Counted from the stretch's first letter, positions 8,493-19,700 are shown. The stretch: DNA of 20,000 nt from Chromera velia (GCA_018398765.1 JAHBMJ010000168.1:115850-135849); one strand, 5' to 3'. Numbers and translations: made by a program. Notes: generated by a model from the sequence alone, not told the origin.

Positions 8493-10302
8493 CTAAAAGC
8501 AAGGAAAACTGACATGACAGTAGGTTTGATCGCGGGCTTGGACTGCTCGGAGGCGGTGACATCCGTCACTCTGTCTGCACAACCAGAAGCGGGCAAGCAA
8601 GGAGCCGCAGGAAGAGATACTGTATGATCGACATGTGACGACACAAAAGAGAGAAAAGGGATCAAACGAAGAAAAAAAAAGAGTCACAGGGAGAATGAGC
8701 TTGCAAAAAGATACACTGTACTTGAATGGAGGGGAATTCAATATAGAGCGAAAGCGTTTCTCATGTCTGCATGCAGCTGCTTTGACAAAACATCCAAAAA
8801 TGATATACCGTGCAGCTTTAGTCCCATAACGGTCTCAATTGCCGTGATAATATGGTTTTCCACACTCCTGGGGGGTGCGGGGAAGGGTGCGTTCACGTGT
8901 CCTATCCAGAATTCCTAAATCGTGTACAGCCACCATTGCGTGTCCTTGAGGGGATCGCACTCTCCCGGATCAGTGGAACAGATGAGGTGCAGCTGTTTTA
9001 CATCGTCTGTTTCTGACTGCTCTGCTTGTGCGCCTGCTACCGTTCTTGCGGCCTCGAGAATATGCAGAGAAAGATGCATTNNNNNNNNNNNNNNNNNNNN
9101 NNNNNNNNNNNNNNNNNNNNNNNNNNNNNNNNNNNNNNNNNNNNNNNNNNNNNNNNGGGTCCCTTGTCTGGCAAACCCGAAGCCACCCCACAACCCGCTG
9201 CAAAGTGCGGTCCGACGCGAGCGCGCACCCGCCTGTCATGCTGCCAAGGAAGGAAGTCGATCGGGAGCTCTCTGTCTGACAATAAAGAAACGCAGAAGGC
9301 GACCCCAACGCATCCACACGCGGAGGCTCAAAAAGAGGTGGACGAACAGCATGCACGGCACAAAGCCTAAAACTTCTTTAGCGCCTCTCCGGGCGTGTAA
9401 AGCCTGAAAAGTGGATGCTCGGTCGGCCATGCATGCAAAAAACAAAAAAACAAAAAAAAGAAAAGAAAACACGTACGCAGATGTCGCTCGATCGGGTGCA
9501 TGTGCGCGCACGGCGTGCACCACGCAGGAGGCCATATATAGCTATAGGTATTCTTACTAATAAACAAACTCTTTTTACGTATGTGTGACATGACTGCCTG
9601 GCTGGGTGTTCGCGCGCGCAACGCGCGATCAGCTTGTCGAGCTGATTGCATATGCAAACACCTGCAGACTGTTTCTATTCATTCATGCATGCATCTGTTC
9701 ATCTGAAAAGTGCTCAGTAAGGGTGGCAGAGAGGCAACCATCAAATAAACAAACATTCAAACCATGATCCTGGCGATTTGTCCGGACGAAGCCACTTGAT
9801 TTCAGGTCAAAAATGGCTTGTTTTTTTGTGTAGAAAGGTGTAGAGGAGGCCGCTTTTCGCTGAGCAAGGGGGGGGAGACGGCGGCTGTGCCACCGTCATG
9901 GGTCTTTGTCTTGCGCCTCAGCTCGGAGAAATTTGAAGAAAACATGCAATGCACAACACAAAGAAGGCAAGAGGGAAAGCGTAAGCAAGGTAGATAGACG
10001 ATAACCAAGTGGTTTCTCTTTTAAAGAGGAGTGCTTGGATGAGAGTGACTCCACATGGACGCATGCATGCACTTGCCTGTCTGCAGGTACCCAACCCTTC
10101 AGGCTGCCAGTCTTTTGGTTGACTGACAGCCGGTCAGGCATATAAATATTCATATCTAGGGAAAACAAATGCCGGAGAAAAAGGCTGTCGTCCACGGTCA
10201 GACTTAGGGTGAAAAAAGACCCGACTTTTTTAGACATTCGCATTTTTCACACAAAGTTCGTTTATTAGTGAGAATAGCCATATATAGGAGGCCTGCGATT
10301 GC

Positions 10303-10337
<35 letters not shown>
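10303..10337. repeat. (TA)n microsatellite
   Basis: Direct reading. Confidence 0.95.
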
Positions 10338-10651
10338 CACCAATCCGTATCATTCAACAGATTCTTATTCCTGACTCTCCCTCCTCACCCTCCCTCTTTG
10401 ATGGACAAATTCTCTCATGGCATTATATGCAGACTTTTGGGATATGTTCGAAAAGTTTAAGAGCTTCCGAGAGCTGCCACCAGACAACGTCCAGAGGGCA
10501 GTGGTGGGAACCCACGAGAGGCTCCTCAGACACGGGTACACTGCGTTAGCATCAGACAGGGGTGTGCACACACATGTTTCTGCATGTGTGAGCACGTCGA
10601 TGGATGTATACATTTGTCCTCAGACACTTTGTCCTCAGACACTCAAACCGG

Positions 10652-10716
10652 TGTGCGTGTGTATCTTTCTGTGTATGTATGTATATGTGTGTGTGTGTGT
10701 ATGTGTGTGTGTGTGT

Positions 10717-10762
<46 letters not shown>

Positions 10763-10845
10763 GTGTGCATATATGTGTGTATGTGTGTGTGTGTGTGTGT
10801 GTGTTTATGCTCTCTTTCTCTCTCTCTGTGTGTATGTATATGTGC
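10652..10845. repeat. Interrupted (TG)n microsatellite with short (TC)n
   Basis: Direct reading. It accounts for the spurious VC/HT-repeat ORFs here. Confidence 0.95.
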
Positions 10846-11250
10846 ATGTCTGAATGATCCCTGTATGGCAATGCATGCAGAGGCAACAAGCATTTTCTCA
10901 GTCAGCAAATACGTAAGACCAAACCCAAAACCAAAGTATGAAAAAGGCTTTCCATGCAGAAGCCTGAGTTGAGCGCTAGTGCATACCTATTCTACGTACA
11001 CAATACGTACATACCAGTGACACCAGTCACACCACTAACTGGCAGCCTGAGAATATAAATTATTAATTTTACTAGTTTGTAATATCTATTGGCAAACGTT
11101 AACAATTAAAACATTAAAAAACAGTTAGATATAAAGAAAACATAGCTAGAAATCATAGAATTTTATTTAATACTCTCTGAAAAACATATAAAATTTTGAA
11201 GTCGGAATTAGTGTTAGAGTCGGGGCTGACCCGTTTTGTCATTGTCTTTG

Positions 11251-11635
11251 AGCGGAAGACCTAGAACGGAAGGCTTGGTATCTCCAAAGAGAAGACCTGG
11301 TATCTCCAACGGAAAGACCTGGTGTCAGCAACGGGAAGACTGGAAGACCAGGTATCTCCGAGGGAAAGACCTGGTGTTTCCAGCGGAAAGACCTGGTGTC
11401 TCCGGAAGACCTGGAACGGAAGGTCTGGTATCCCCAAAGGGAAGATCTGGTGTCTCCAACGGGAAGACCTGGTGTGTCTGGAAAACCTAGTGTCTCCGAA
11501 GGGAAAAACGGGTGTCTCTAATGGAAAGATCTAGTGTCTCTGACAGGAAGGCCCGGTATCTCTGAGGGGAAGACCTGGTGTCTCCAACGGGAAGACCTGG
11601 TGTCCTCAAGAGGAAGAACCTGTATCTTCCTGGAG
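11251..11635. repeat. ~20-bp degenerate minisatellite (GGAAGACCTGGTRTCTCC..)
   Basis: More than 15 recurrences of GGAAGACCTGG / GGTGTCTCC variants. Confidence 0.9.
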
Positions 11636-11994
11636 ACGAACTAATATCTTCAAAAAAGCTTTCCGACAAGAAAGCCCAGTATCTCGAAAAGGAAGGTTCA
11701 ATATCTACAAAGCGAATTAAGGACCGCTATCTGCAAAATAGAAAAAAATGTAGGTCTTTTGGACCATAAAACGGCTAAAGACAACTAAGAAAAACGAATA
11801 AAAGAGAGACAGAAGAGCAGATTCTGTGAATAAAAGATTGGAGGCAGCTTATAAGAAAAATATAGAAGGGTAAATGCAAGAACACATCCATGACAAACAA
11901 CCAGAAAAGATAACAGCCACAAAAGGGTGATGTATCTGTAAAACTTATATGCAAAGAATTGTGAAAACTAACAAAGAGATAGAAAGAGAATAAC

Positions 11995-13479
11995 CTACGG
12001 GGAGGCACTCGGAAATATAGATGTGATTGTTGAATGACTTTGTAGTAGTAATCTAAGCTCTAAAATATTTAAAATAAACTCGAAACTTATTTTATAAGCA
12101 AAAAAAGTTCTAAAAAATAAAACAATGACACTTTTAGAGTATTGGTTGAAGGTTTTTACTCGGTTTGAGCTTAAAAACTATACGTCTCCACCTCTAGGTT
12201 CTTAGGTTCCTAGAACCTAGGTTTTAGCCTTCTCAGTCTGATCTTCTAAGAACCCCAAAGAACCCGTCCAAAACCAGTTATGAAACATTGAACACGATGA
12301 AAATATTCAAAAGTTTGTCCACTAATCCGACTGGAAAACATTGGAAAAGGACTGTGAGAGGTAGAGGGAAAACGTTGGAAAAGCGGGGGGGCATTGAAGA
12401 TGACGAGTGAGTGGTGATGGATGTAGAGATCCCCATTAAGTTGGATAACACACCAGAGGGAGAAGAACTCGAAAGTTTATAGGAGCAGATTCAAAGAGAA
12501 GATGCAGCATAAGAACAGTTCCTTTCTGTCTTTGCACGAGCGGTGATAACACTTGAAGAGAAGCAAGGGGGGGTGACTGGGGTTGTCTCTTTTAAAGTAC
12601 CAAACCGCGGTATGATGCGGTTGAGTGCGGTTTGTGCTCTCTTGTATCAAGAGAAGTTGTCAAACGATCGGGGGGTGAGAGTGCGTACGAAATCCCACAG
12701 TCAGGCATTGATTCGGAAAGGCAAGTATTCTATCATGGTGGGACAACTCGTGGCGTGCCAGTATGATGAGGGTGAGGGCTTGGAGAGAAAACTGAGTTGG
12801 TACGTTTCTAAGGTCGTGAACATTTTGTCGTGGAATGACAAAAAGAAAGCTTTTGAGCCCTCAGGGTTGCAAGCGATTGCACACATGCGTGCTTTCTCTC
12901 TCCTTTGGCAGTTAGGCCAAAACAGGAAGTCTAAAAAGATTCACATCGATAACGTCCCACTTTCTTCTATGTTCTTTTATATTCAGCATGCGTATAAAAT
13001 GAATAAAACCATCTTTATGAAAGATGAAGAGCTTGTTCGTCTTGTAAGTCTATTTAAAGAGAAGAAAAAGCGAGTTAACAGCTGAGTTTTATGATTTTGA
13101 CGGTCAATTTTGGCATATATAAGCATCTATCTTGTTTGCTTAGATCATTTTAATCATTTAAATTAGCTCTTGAGTCTTTTTGAAGCTTTAGGGGGGGGGT
13201 TCTTTATGGTTCTTATAGGTTTTTATTTAGGTTCCTAGAACCGAGGTTCTAGCGGTTTCTCTAGAGAGTAAGAACCAAATGATGGAGATACCACTTTGAT
13301 GCAACGTAGACTTGATTCTTTTTTAAAGAACCTTTAAGAATCTGAAAGAACCTTATACTAACGAGTCTAAAAAAGCAAAAAACAGTGTTAGAACCTATTA
13401 GAACCTATGTTATATCATCTTCAATTACAGTATAAACATGCACGGTACTAAGGTTCTACCTAGGAGTGCTGCCCCATAG
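11995..13479 (+). mobile_element. Internally deleted cut-and-paste DNA transposon with 16-bp TIRs and 8-bp TSD
   Basis: Left end CTACGGGGAGGCACTC matches the reverse complement of the right end, CTATGGGGCAGCACTC, at 13/16. Flanks AGAATAAC (11987-11994) and AGTATAAC (13480-13487) match at 7/8. Ends are AT-rich, with inverted subterminal blocks rich in AGAACC/GGTTCT (about 12185-12265 vs 13197-13290). Confidence 0.8.
12393..13085 (+). pseudogene. Probable C-terminal fragment of a transposase (P-element-like, tentative)
   Basis: ORF 12543..13085 extends upstream in frame through TGA 12408, TAG 12480 and TAA 12510 into an acidic stretch. RLSAVCALLYQEKLSNDRGVRV resembles a recalled C-terminal 'CxLL...KLSxDRxxRV' motif of P-like transposases. 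No catalytic core is visible. Confidence 0.5.
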
Positions 13480-13499
13480 AGTATAACAAAAAAAATGAT

Positions 13500-14340
13500 A
13501 GGTAAGACGGTGTGCAGAAGATTTGGCAAGTTAAGTAGGAGTGTCTGGCTAGTAAATTGGAGGAGTCTACGAAGGATCTGGTCGGCAGGTTGGAGGAACC
13601 GGACCTGATTGGCAGGGTAGGGGAGTCTGGGCAGCAGAGTGGAGGGATTTGCAGAGGACCTGATCGGCACCGTAGGGGAGTCTGGCTAGCAGGATGAAGG
13701 GGGTCTGCAGAGGATTTGATCCACAGGGTGGCAGGAATTGGCCGGCAGGGTTGGGGGCCTGCCAAGGATCTGACCTGCAGGGTGAGGGGATCTGGCCGGC
13801 AGGGTGGGGAGGTCTGCAAAGAGGGTGGAGGGGTCTGGCCATGAGGTCTATAAAGAAAGCGGAGGGATCTGGCCATCAGAAGATCTGATCGGCAGAGTGG
13901 TGGGATCTGGTCGTCAGGGTGGCTGGGGGTAGGAGGGTTCTGGCCGTCAGGGTAGGGGGGTCTGCAGAAGATCCGATGCGCAGGGTGATGAGATCTGGCC
14001 TCTAGGGTGGGAAGGTCTGCCAACGATCTGATTGGCAGGGTGGGGGGGTCTGCAGAGGATCTGATCGGCAGAGTGAGGGAGTTTGTACCTAGAGTTTGCA
14101 TTGACTCTGCAGAGGAAATGATCGGCCCAGTGGGGCTGTTTGCACTGGCTCTGCAGAGGATCTGATTAGCAGGATGGAGGGGTTTGCAATGACTTTGCAG
14201 AGGAACTGATCAGCCCAGTGGGGGTGTCTGCACTCGCTCTGCAGAGGATCTGATTGGCAGGGTAGGGGGGTCTGCAGGAGATCTGATCGGCGCCGTAGGG
14301 GTGTCTGGCCGGCAGGGTTTGCCGAGGATCTGATCAGCCT
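13500..14340. repeat. G-rich degenerate minisatellite (GATCTGATCGGCAGGGTGGGGGGTCTGCAGAG-like, ~20/33-bp units)
   Basis: Recurrent GGATCTGA / GGCAGGGT / TCTGCAGAG blocks. Confidence 0.9.
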
Positions 14341-14826
14341 GAAGAGAGAGTGCATTCGCTTTTATACCACGATTGTAGTACAGATTGAGAGAAAGAAAGA
14401 TACAAGGGCAAATACGAAGGGAAGGTGTTTTGTGAGTGTTTTGGGTTAGGGACCTCGAGTTGGGTCGGATACCCCCCCCCCCCCCNNNNNNNNNNNNNNN
14501 NNNNNNNNNNNNNNNNNNNNNNNNNNNNNNNNNNNNNNNNNNNNNNNNNNNNNNNNNNNNNNNNNNNNNNNNNNNNNNNNNNNNNNNNNNNNNNNNNNNN
14601 NNNNNNNNNNNNNNNNNNNNNNNNNNNNNNNNNNNNNNNNNNNNNNNNNNNNNNNNNNNNNNNNNNNNNNNNNNNNNNNNNNNNNNNNNNNNNNNNNNNN
14701 NNNNNNNNNNNNNNNNNNNNNNNNNNNNNNNNNNNNNNNNNNNNNNNNNNNNNNNNNNNNNNNNNNNNNNNNNNNNNNNNNNNNNNNNNNNNNNNNNNNN
14801 NNNNNNNNNNNNNNNNNCCCCCCCCC

Positions 14827-15162
14827 GAGGTTTAGAAGTCTGCACTTCTGAACCTTAGGCAAGAGGGGTCAAACCCCCCCGCCGCCAGGTCCAGACATGG
14901 GCTAATCGTGGGTCTGGGAGGCGCTGCCATGGGGCCAGAAGGGGTGGCGGCACCCTGCTCCTTCGACGTACGCAGCCGACTTTGCCTCTGTCGGCCAATA
15001 ATCGGGTCTGAAGTCTCTTGTCCATCTTGAAGGTCCACAGGTTCAAAACTGCGGAGTTCTAAACCTCTGAGCAAACGGACTTTTCCCACAGAAATGTTGT
15101 CACAAAAAGCGCTCTGTCAGATGTCTTCTGATGGTTTCAGAAGATGTCTGACAGAGCGTTTT
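14827..15162. repeat. Hairpin cluster: two related 12-bp hairpins in inverted orientation plus a 26-bp hairpin
   Basis: Hairpins at 14828-14855 and 15039-15066 are 25/29 identical as an inverted pair. Arms 15106-15131 and 15137-15162 enclose a 5-nt loop. Confidence 0.85.
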
Positions 15163-16759
15163 CTCGGTTTTGACTTTTTTTTTGGGAGTGTAATTTCGGG
15201 GCTCTGGAGGAGATGGGTGTTGCTGGGACATCTTCGGTCGGCACGAAGTGGAGCTTGGAGATAGGTTCAGTGGAGACCAGCCGTCTTAGTCTTATTTCCA
15301 ACGTCTTTCTGCTTGCTGCTGCTCCTTCTGTTCAAGCAAGGAAGGGCTGCTGGCCTTATCTAGGTGTTAAAGTACTGTTGCCCTCATCGCTCTGCTTACT
15401 CTTTCCCTGCAGGTCACAGTCTTGGGAGCCCCGGGGTCAACCCCCAGGTTAGCCTGTCCGGACTTGCTGCTTTTTAGGCTCTTGGTCTTTTCCTTGGGAC
15501 CTTGTGCGCGCAGAATAAGCTAGACAGAAGTGCTTCCGTGACTGCACAAAGCGTGAACGTCTGTCCCTCCGTGTTTCCAGGTGTTGGTGGACGGAGACTT
15601 GAGGACACTTGCAGGTCAGTTAAGGAAGCGCGGCTCGCTCTCTCGCTTTGCATGATAATTTGCTTAGCATCTAGCTTCTTTGTTCTGCTAGGAGCTTGAT
15701 AGAAACGTACAAGGGAGGTCACTGAGAGAAGGTTGATGGAGAGTCTGCTGGAGCCTCTATTTTTTGACCGCCTCTTCTGAAGCTTTGCACAGCTCTCAGT
15801 CCTGCCAGACATTTTTCCACCCAGAATAATCGCTCAGCTTTCATACATTTGAATGTCTTCCACTTGTTCTGTGTGTGTTAGTCTTTGAAAGCGGTCCGTA
15901 CCATCCCGACGCAAGTGCTCCTTACTCGTTCATCCTTTCTCATTTGTGGCACTCTGTACTGGTCTCCCTCTAAACATCTGGATCTACCTACGGACCTGTC
16001 CTTCTTTTTCACAGTTTCTCATTGATACATGCAGAACGATTTGCAAGCTTTTGCGCCATATAGTATGAGTTTTTTGTAAAAAGAATTATATTGTCTCTGT
16101 GCTCTGTTCTCTCCGACCCCTGCTGACCGCCTCCTATCTGGTCTGACCAGTCTAGCTATAAAATCCTCCTTCCTGCACTGTTTCCCTTGTAGAAGAAACA
16201 ATTCTTTGTAGTTGATTGGCGGCGCTAAACGTTGTTTTTGAGCGTATCCACTAGTGTTGTGCCTGTGTATTTCTTTGCAGGTAACATTCACTAACTTTTA
16301 CATGCCGCGGTGATTGTAATTTTTCCCACCATGCACCCTAGCTAATCAACCAGTCTTTTGAGCACATTTGAGCAGATTTGCACAGGAATAACGATTTTAA
16401 ATGCTTTAAAAGACTCTAGATTGCTTCAAATAACCTAGTTTTACTTTATAATGAAGCTAGAATATAGTAAATTTAAAAGTTACTTTGGATTCCACTAAGT
16501 CCTACTTTAGAGTCCACCCTGTTAGAGATAGAGGGCAAAAGAAGAGAAAGCGGAGGGGCAGATGGATAGACGGGGTAAGAAGGAGCTACAGAGGGACTTC
16601 TGAGAAGCAGAGCACCGACCTGCTGCTGCCTTTTTCACCGGTGACCACCCCTACTACTCTGCAGGGAGCACGTAAAAGAGTAATAAAATAAGATTGGAGA
16701 GATATCTGAGGAGTGAAGGATTGAATGGAAGAGGAGTCTGCGATTTTCAAAAACAATAT

Positions 16760-17072
16760 GGTATCTCTGAGGGGAAAGACCAGCATCTCTGAGGAAACCC
16801 ACCGGCACCATAGAGGGAAAACACCGACATCTTGAAGGGGAAAGATCGGTATCTTGGAGGGGAAAGACCGGTATTTCGGAAGGGGAAAGATCGGCATCTC
16901 TGAGGAAAAACACCGGTACCATGAAGGGAAAGACCGACATCTCGGAGAGGAAAGACCAGCACCATGGAGGGGAAACACCGGCACCATGAAGGGAGAGACC
17001 GACATCTCGGAGGGGAAAGACTGGCATCTCTGAAGGGGAAAGACCGGCATCTTAGAGAGGAAAGACCAGCAT
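16760..17072. repeat. ~21-bp minisatellite (GAGGGGAAAGACCGGCATCTC), related to 11251-11635
   Basis: About 14 degenerate units sharing the GGAA(A)GACC..G.ATCTC core. Confidence 0.9.
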
Positions 17073-17100
17073 ATCAACAATTTAAGTTGAAAGGGGCGGA

Positions 17101-17262
17101 GAGGGAATAGCAAGAAAAGGCTGGGTGAGACGGTGTGTAGAGGATTTGGCAAGTTAAGTAGGGAGTGTCTAACTAGCAAATTGGAGGAGTCTATGAAAGA
17201 TCTGGTCAGTAGGGTGGAGAGACATGATTGGCAGGGTAGGCTGGGCAGCAGAGTGGAGGGGT
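17101..17262 (+). repeat. Dispersed direct repeat of 13480-13648
   Basis: The block GACGGTGTG.AG.(G)ATTTGGCAAGTTAAGTAG...AAATTGGAGGAGTCTA.GAA.GATCTGGTC...TGATTGGCAGGGTAGG...CTGGGCAGCAGAGTGGAGGG is present at both sites. Confidence 0.9.
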
Positions 17263-17829
17263 CTGATGGAGGGATAGGAATGCAAAGGGGCAGTTGGACA
17301 CAGGGGCAAAGGGATAGATAGACAAAATGGATGAATGAAGACAGAGAGGGACAGACAGACAAAAGGGCGGAGGGAAGAAAGGATGGGCTAAGACGGACGG
17401 ACGGGTAGAAAAACAAGGGGGTGGAGGGACAATGAGGGGTAGAAAAAACAGAAGGACAGAGGGGGAAAAAAGACAGGAAGACAAAAGGATACAAAAACAC
17501 ACGGGCAGAAAGAAAAAGGGGGTACATGGAGGGACAAAAGAAAGAATCGTGCATAAAAGAAGAAGAAAAGAAGACCGATCGACTGCAAAAGAGCCTGGAA
17601 GCAGAACCAATTCGAGGGCAACACTCATAAAGTCGCTGAACACGGATCTGCATGCACCCACACAGACACACACCGACACACAGACATGCAGACACCCATA
17701 CACACAGACAGGCATGTACGCTCATTCTTTCTTTCTTTCTTTCGTTCGTTCGTCTTTTCTTTCTTTCTTCCCTCTTTCCTTATCTCTTTCTGCCCTCGGA
17801 AGCCCCATCTTTCCCTTTCTTCTTTCAGT

Positions 17830-18085
17830 CTCCGTTTTTTGTGTTGCTCCCACTCAGGTTTCACATATTGATACAAACACAAGAAGACCCCCCTACATTG
17901 AGCAAAGAAAGGGAGTGAGTAACGATATAGGGAGACAGAGATACAGAAAGGAACAAAAGAAAAAAGGAAGGAAGAAAGAGAGGAAGATGAAGGAAGGAAT
18001 GACTTGAAAAGGTGCCATGGAGACTCCATGAACATTTCGTATTGCACCCTCTCGATCCAGTCTACTTTGGGGGAGCTCTCTGCAT
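17830..18085 (-). pseudogene. Spliced exon remnants, possibly from an intron-containing transposase
   Basis: Exon 18085-18004 plus a pyrimidine-rich GT..AG intron 18003-17893 plus an exon from 17892 give in-frame ...WIERVQYEMFMESPWHLFK-GVFLCLYQYVKPEWEQHKKR. Confidence 0.4.
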
Positions 18086-18115
18086 CTGCATGGACAGACA
18101 GATAGACAGAGGGAG

Positions 18116-18148
<33 letters not shown>

Positions 18149-18165
18149 TATGTATATACACATAT
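18116..18165. repeat. (TA)n microsatellite
   Basis: Direct reading. Confidence 0.95.
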
Positions 18166-18689
18166 CACTATAATAGATACATGTTGACAGTGATGCGTCT
18201 AGACAGATGGACAGAGGAAAAGAAAAACTGACTGTACTGACAATTGAAACTTTTGTACTAGAAAGTGACTTTTAATTTTCTATATATCACACTAAATTTT
18301 ATATAAAAAACTAAGTCTTTAAAGCACTTAAAATGATTCTATTTATTGTTTTTTACCTGCATGAAAGTATGAACAACTTTTAAAGATAAGGTTTAATGGG
18401 TTTGTGGTGTGTATGTTGGAAATTGTTGGACGTGAGTGAGGTGAAAGAGTTATAGTATGTTGATATGTCGGGGAGTGATTGCAGACTCTGCAGGCATGTG
18501 ACAATGCGCAGTGTAATGCACAAACAAGCTAACTTTTACTTCTAATGGAATACGCCGAATCTGCACACTGATGTAAGGAGGGAGCACACAGCGGGCAACC
18601 CCCATGAAAGGTAAGAATGAATGTCCGCAAACAGATCTGCCGATTTGACACCCACAGAAAGCAGTTCAACTAAACAAATGTTGAGCACT

Positions 18690-19700
18690 ATAACCGTATA
18701 AGAGGTAAATGCTTAGCTTCTGAAAGCCTGATCGATCCATGGCCTCTAGCCAGAGGGCCTTGCCCACGACCGGCCATCATAGCGTTCTTGTTTTTTCTGG
18801 GTGAGGCCCGGCACTGGCCACTGGGTCTTAGTCCACCCAGGAGCCCTACCTCCAAATTCTTGTGCAAACAAGAGCTGCGCCTCACCCCCATAACTTCAGA
18901 TCACCCGAGATTACCAGCTATAATGCTTCTCCATGAAACCTAAGCACCGACAAACGGTCCTCCAAGAAAGGCTCAGTCTGACCTGCAGCACAGATATGCA
19001 AAAATTCATAAAGTGGCTCACCTTCTGGCCACCCAGAGCTAGCCCCCTCATCCAGAAAGCCTTTCCAGCTCATCATCTAGAGCTTGTAAGAGCGCACGCA
19101 CAGAAAGGATTCAATGGAAGCTTTACTGGGGCAACTTTGTAGGCCCATTTGCGTGGAGACGGGCCGTGCCCTTCGTGATGGAAGATCGAAATTACCCTCT
19201 CAGGGCAACCAGTAGAGTGAATGTCATAAACCCAAGAAAAAGCAAAGAAACCAATCCTCTGAGCTTTCGATAAAGCCTACTTTCATCGCTGGAGAGCAAG
19301 TCTGTGTGATGGGAGAGAGGCGGCACTAGGTTTTGCTCTGATCGACTTGAAACATTCGACGGAAAGCCGATTTTGGGAGCCGATTTTAGATTGGGCAACC
19401 ATGTGATGGCCCCGGAAGGCAAACTATGCGTTGCGAACCAGGGCCCGGCCGGCCACCAAGGCCAAAAAGCACTTCCCGGCTGCGCGCTGACCCATCAAAA
19501 TGCCGATCTGAAAAATTTTCAGTCAGGTCTTCAGAAAGTTCTCCTCCACTCAGAAAGTCAGGTCAACAGAATGGGCCTCTATCCACAAAATCTCGTTGTA
19601 TTGGAAGGCTTGACAACGACGAAATCGTGTTCAACTTGTTATTCCAGAACCTCATTTTTGGAAGGGTTACAGATTCCGGAGTTTTGTACCCCTCCGGTAT
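18690..19700 (-). mobile_element. Highly degenerate Ty1/copia-like pol (RT C-terminus / RNase H) remnant
   Basis: One minus-strand frame with many stops yields, in copia order, VEHDFVVVKPSNTTRFCG, DLLSSDESRLYRKLRGLVSLL, ARLHANGPT, GA*VSWRS and NKNAMM. These resemble the F.MKDLG..FLG, YRSLVG.L, P T, G..VSW.S and DN..AI motifs. Confidence 0.45.

Noticed and set aside
8915..9407. ORFs spanning the first N gap
   Set aside because: Open only because of the N run.
11033..11212. 180-bp CACTA MITE (CACTAA...TTAGTG)
   Set aside because: Only a 6-7 bp inverted match, and no TSD (CAC vs TTA).
12393..12545. Stop-codon reassignment (ciliate-type code)
   Set aside because: All three stop types occur, the following 180 codons have none, and intact ORFs nearby end in TAA. 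Decay is the simpler explanation.
13425..14355. Proline-rich ORFs
   Set aside because: Translations of the minisatellite.
14210..14862. ORFs spanning the second N gap
   Set aside because: Open only because of the N run.
15200..16291. Degenerate gag-like coding region on the minus strand
   Set aside because: Only a vague resemblance (EDFIARLVR...KKLILYG), many stops and no diagnostic motif.
16586..17725. 379-aa ORF
   Set aside because: Runs through minisatellite and low-complexity pyrimidine tracts that lack stops.
18688..19422. DIRS-type tyrosine recombinase
   Set aside because: The catalytic R..HxxR..Y set was not found, and copia RT/RNase H motifs fit better.
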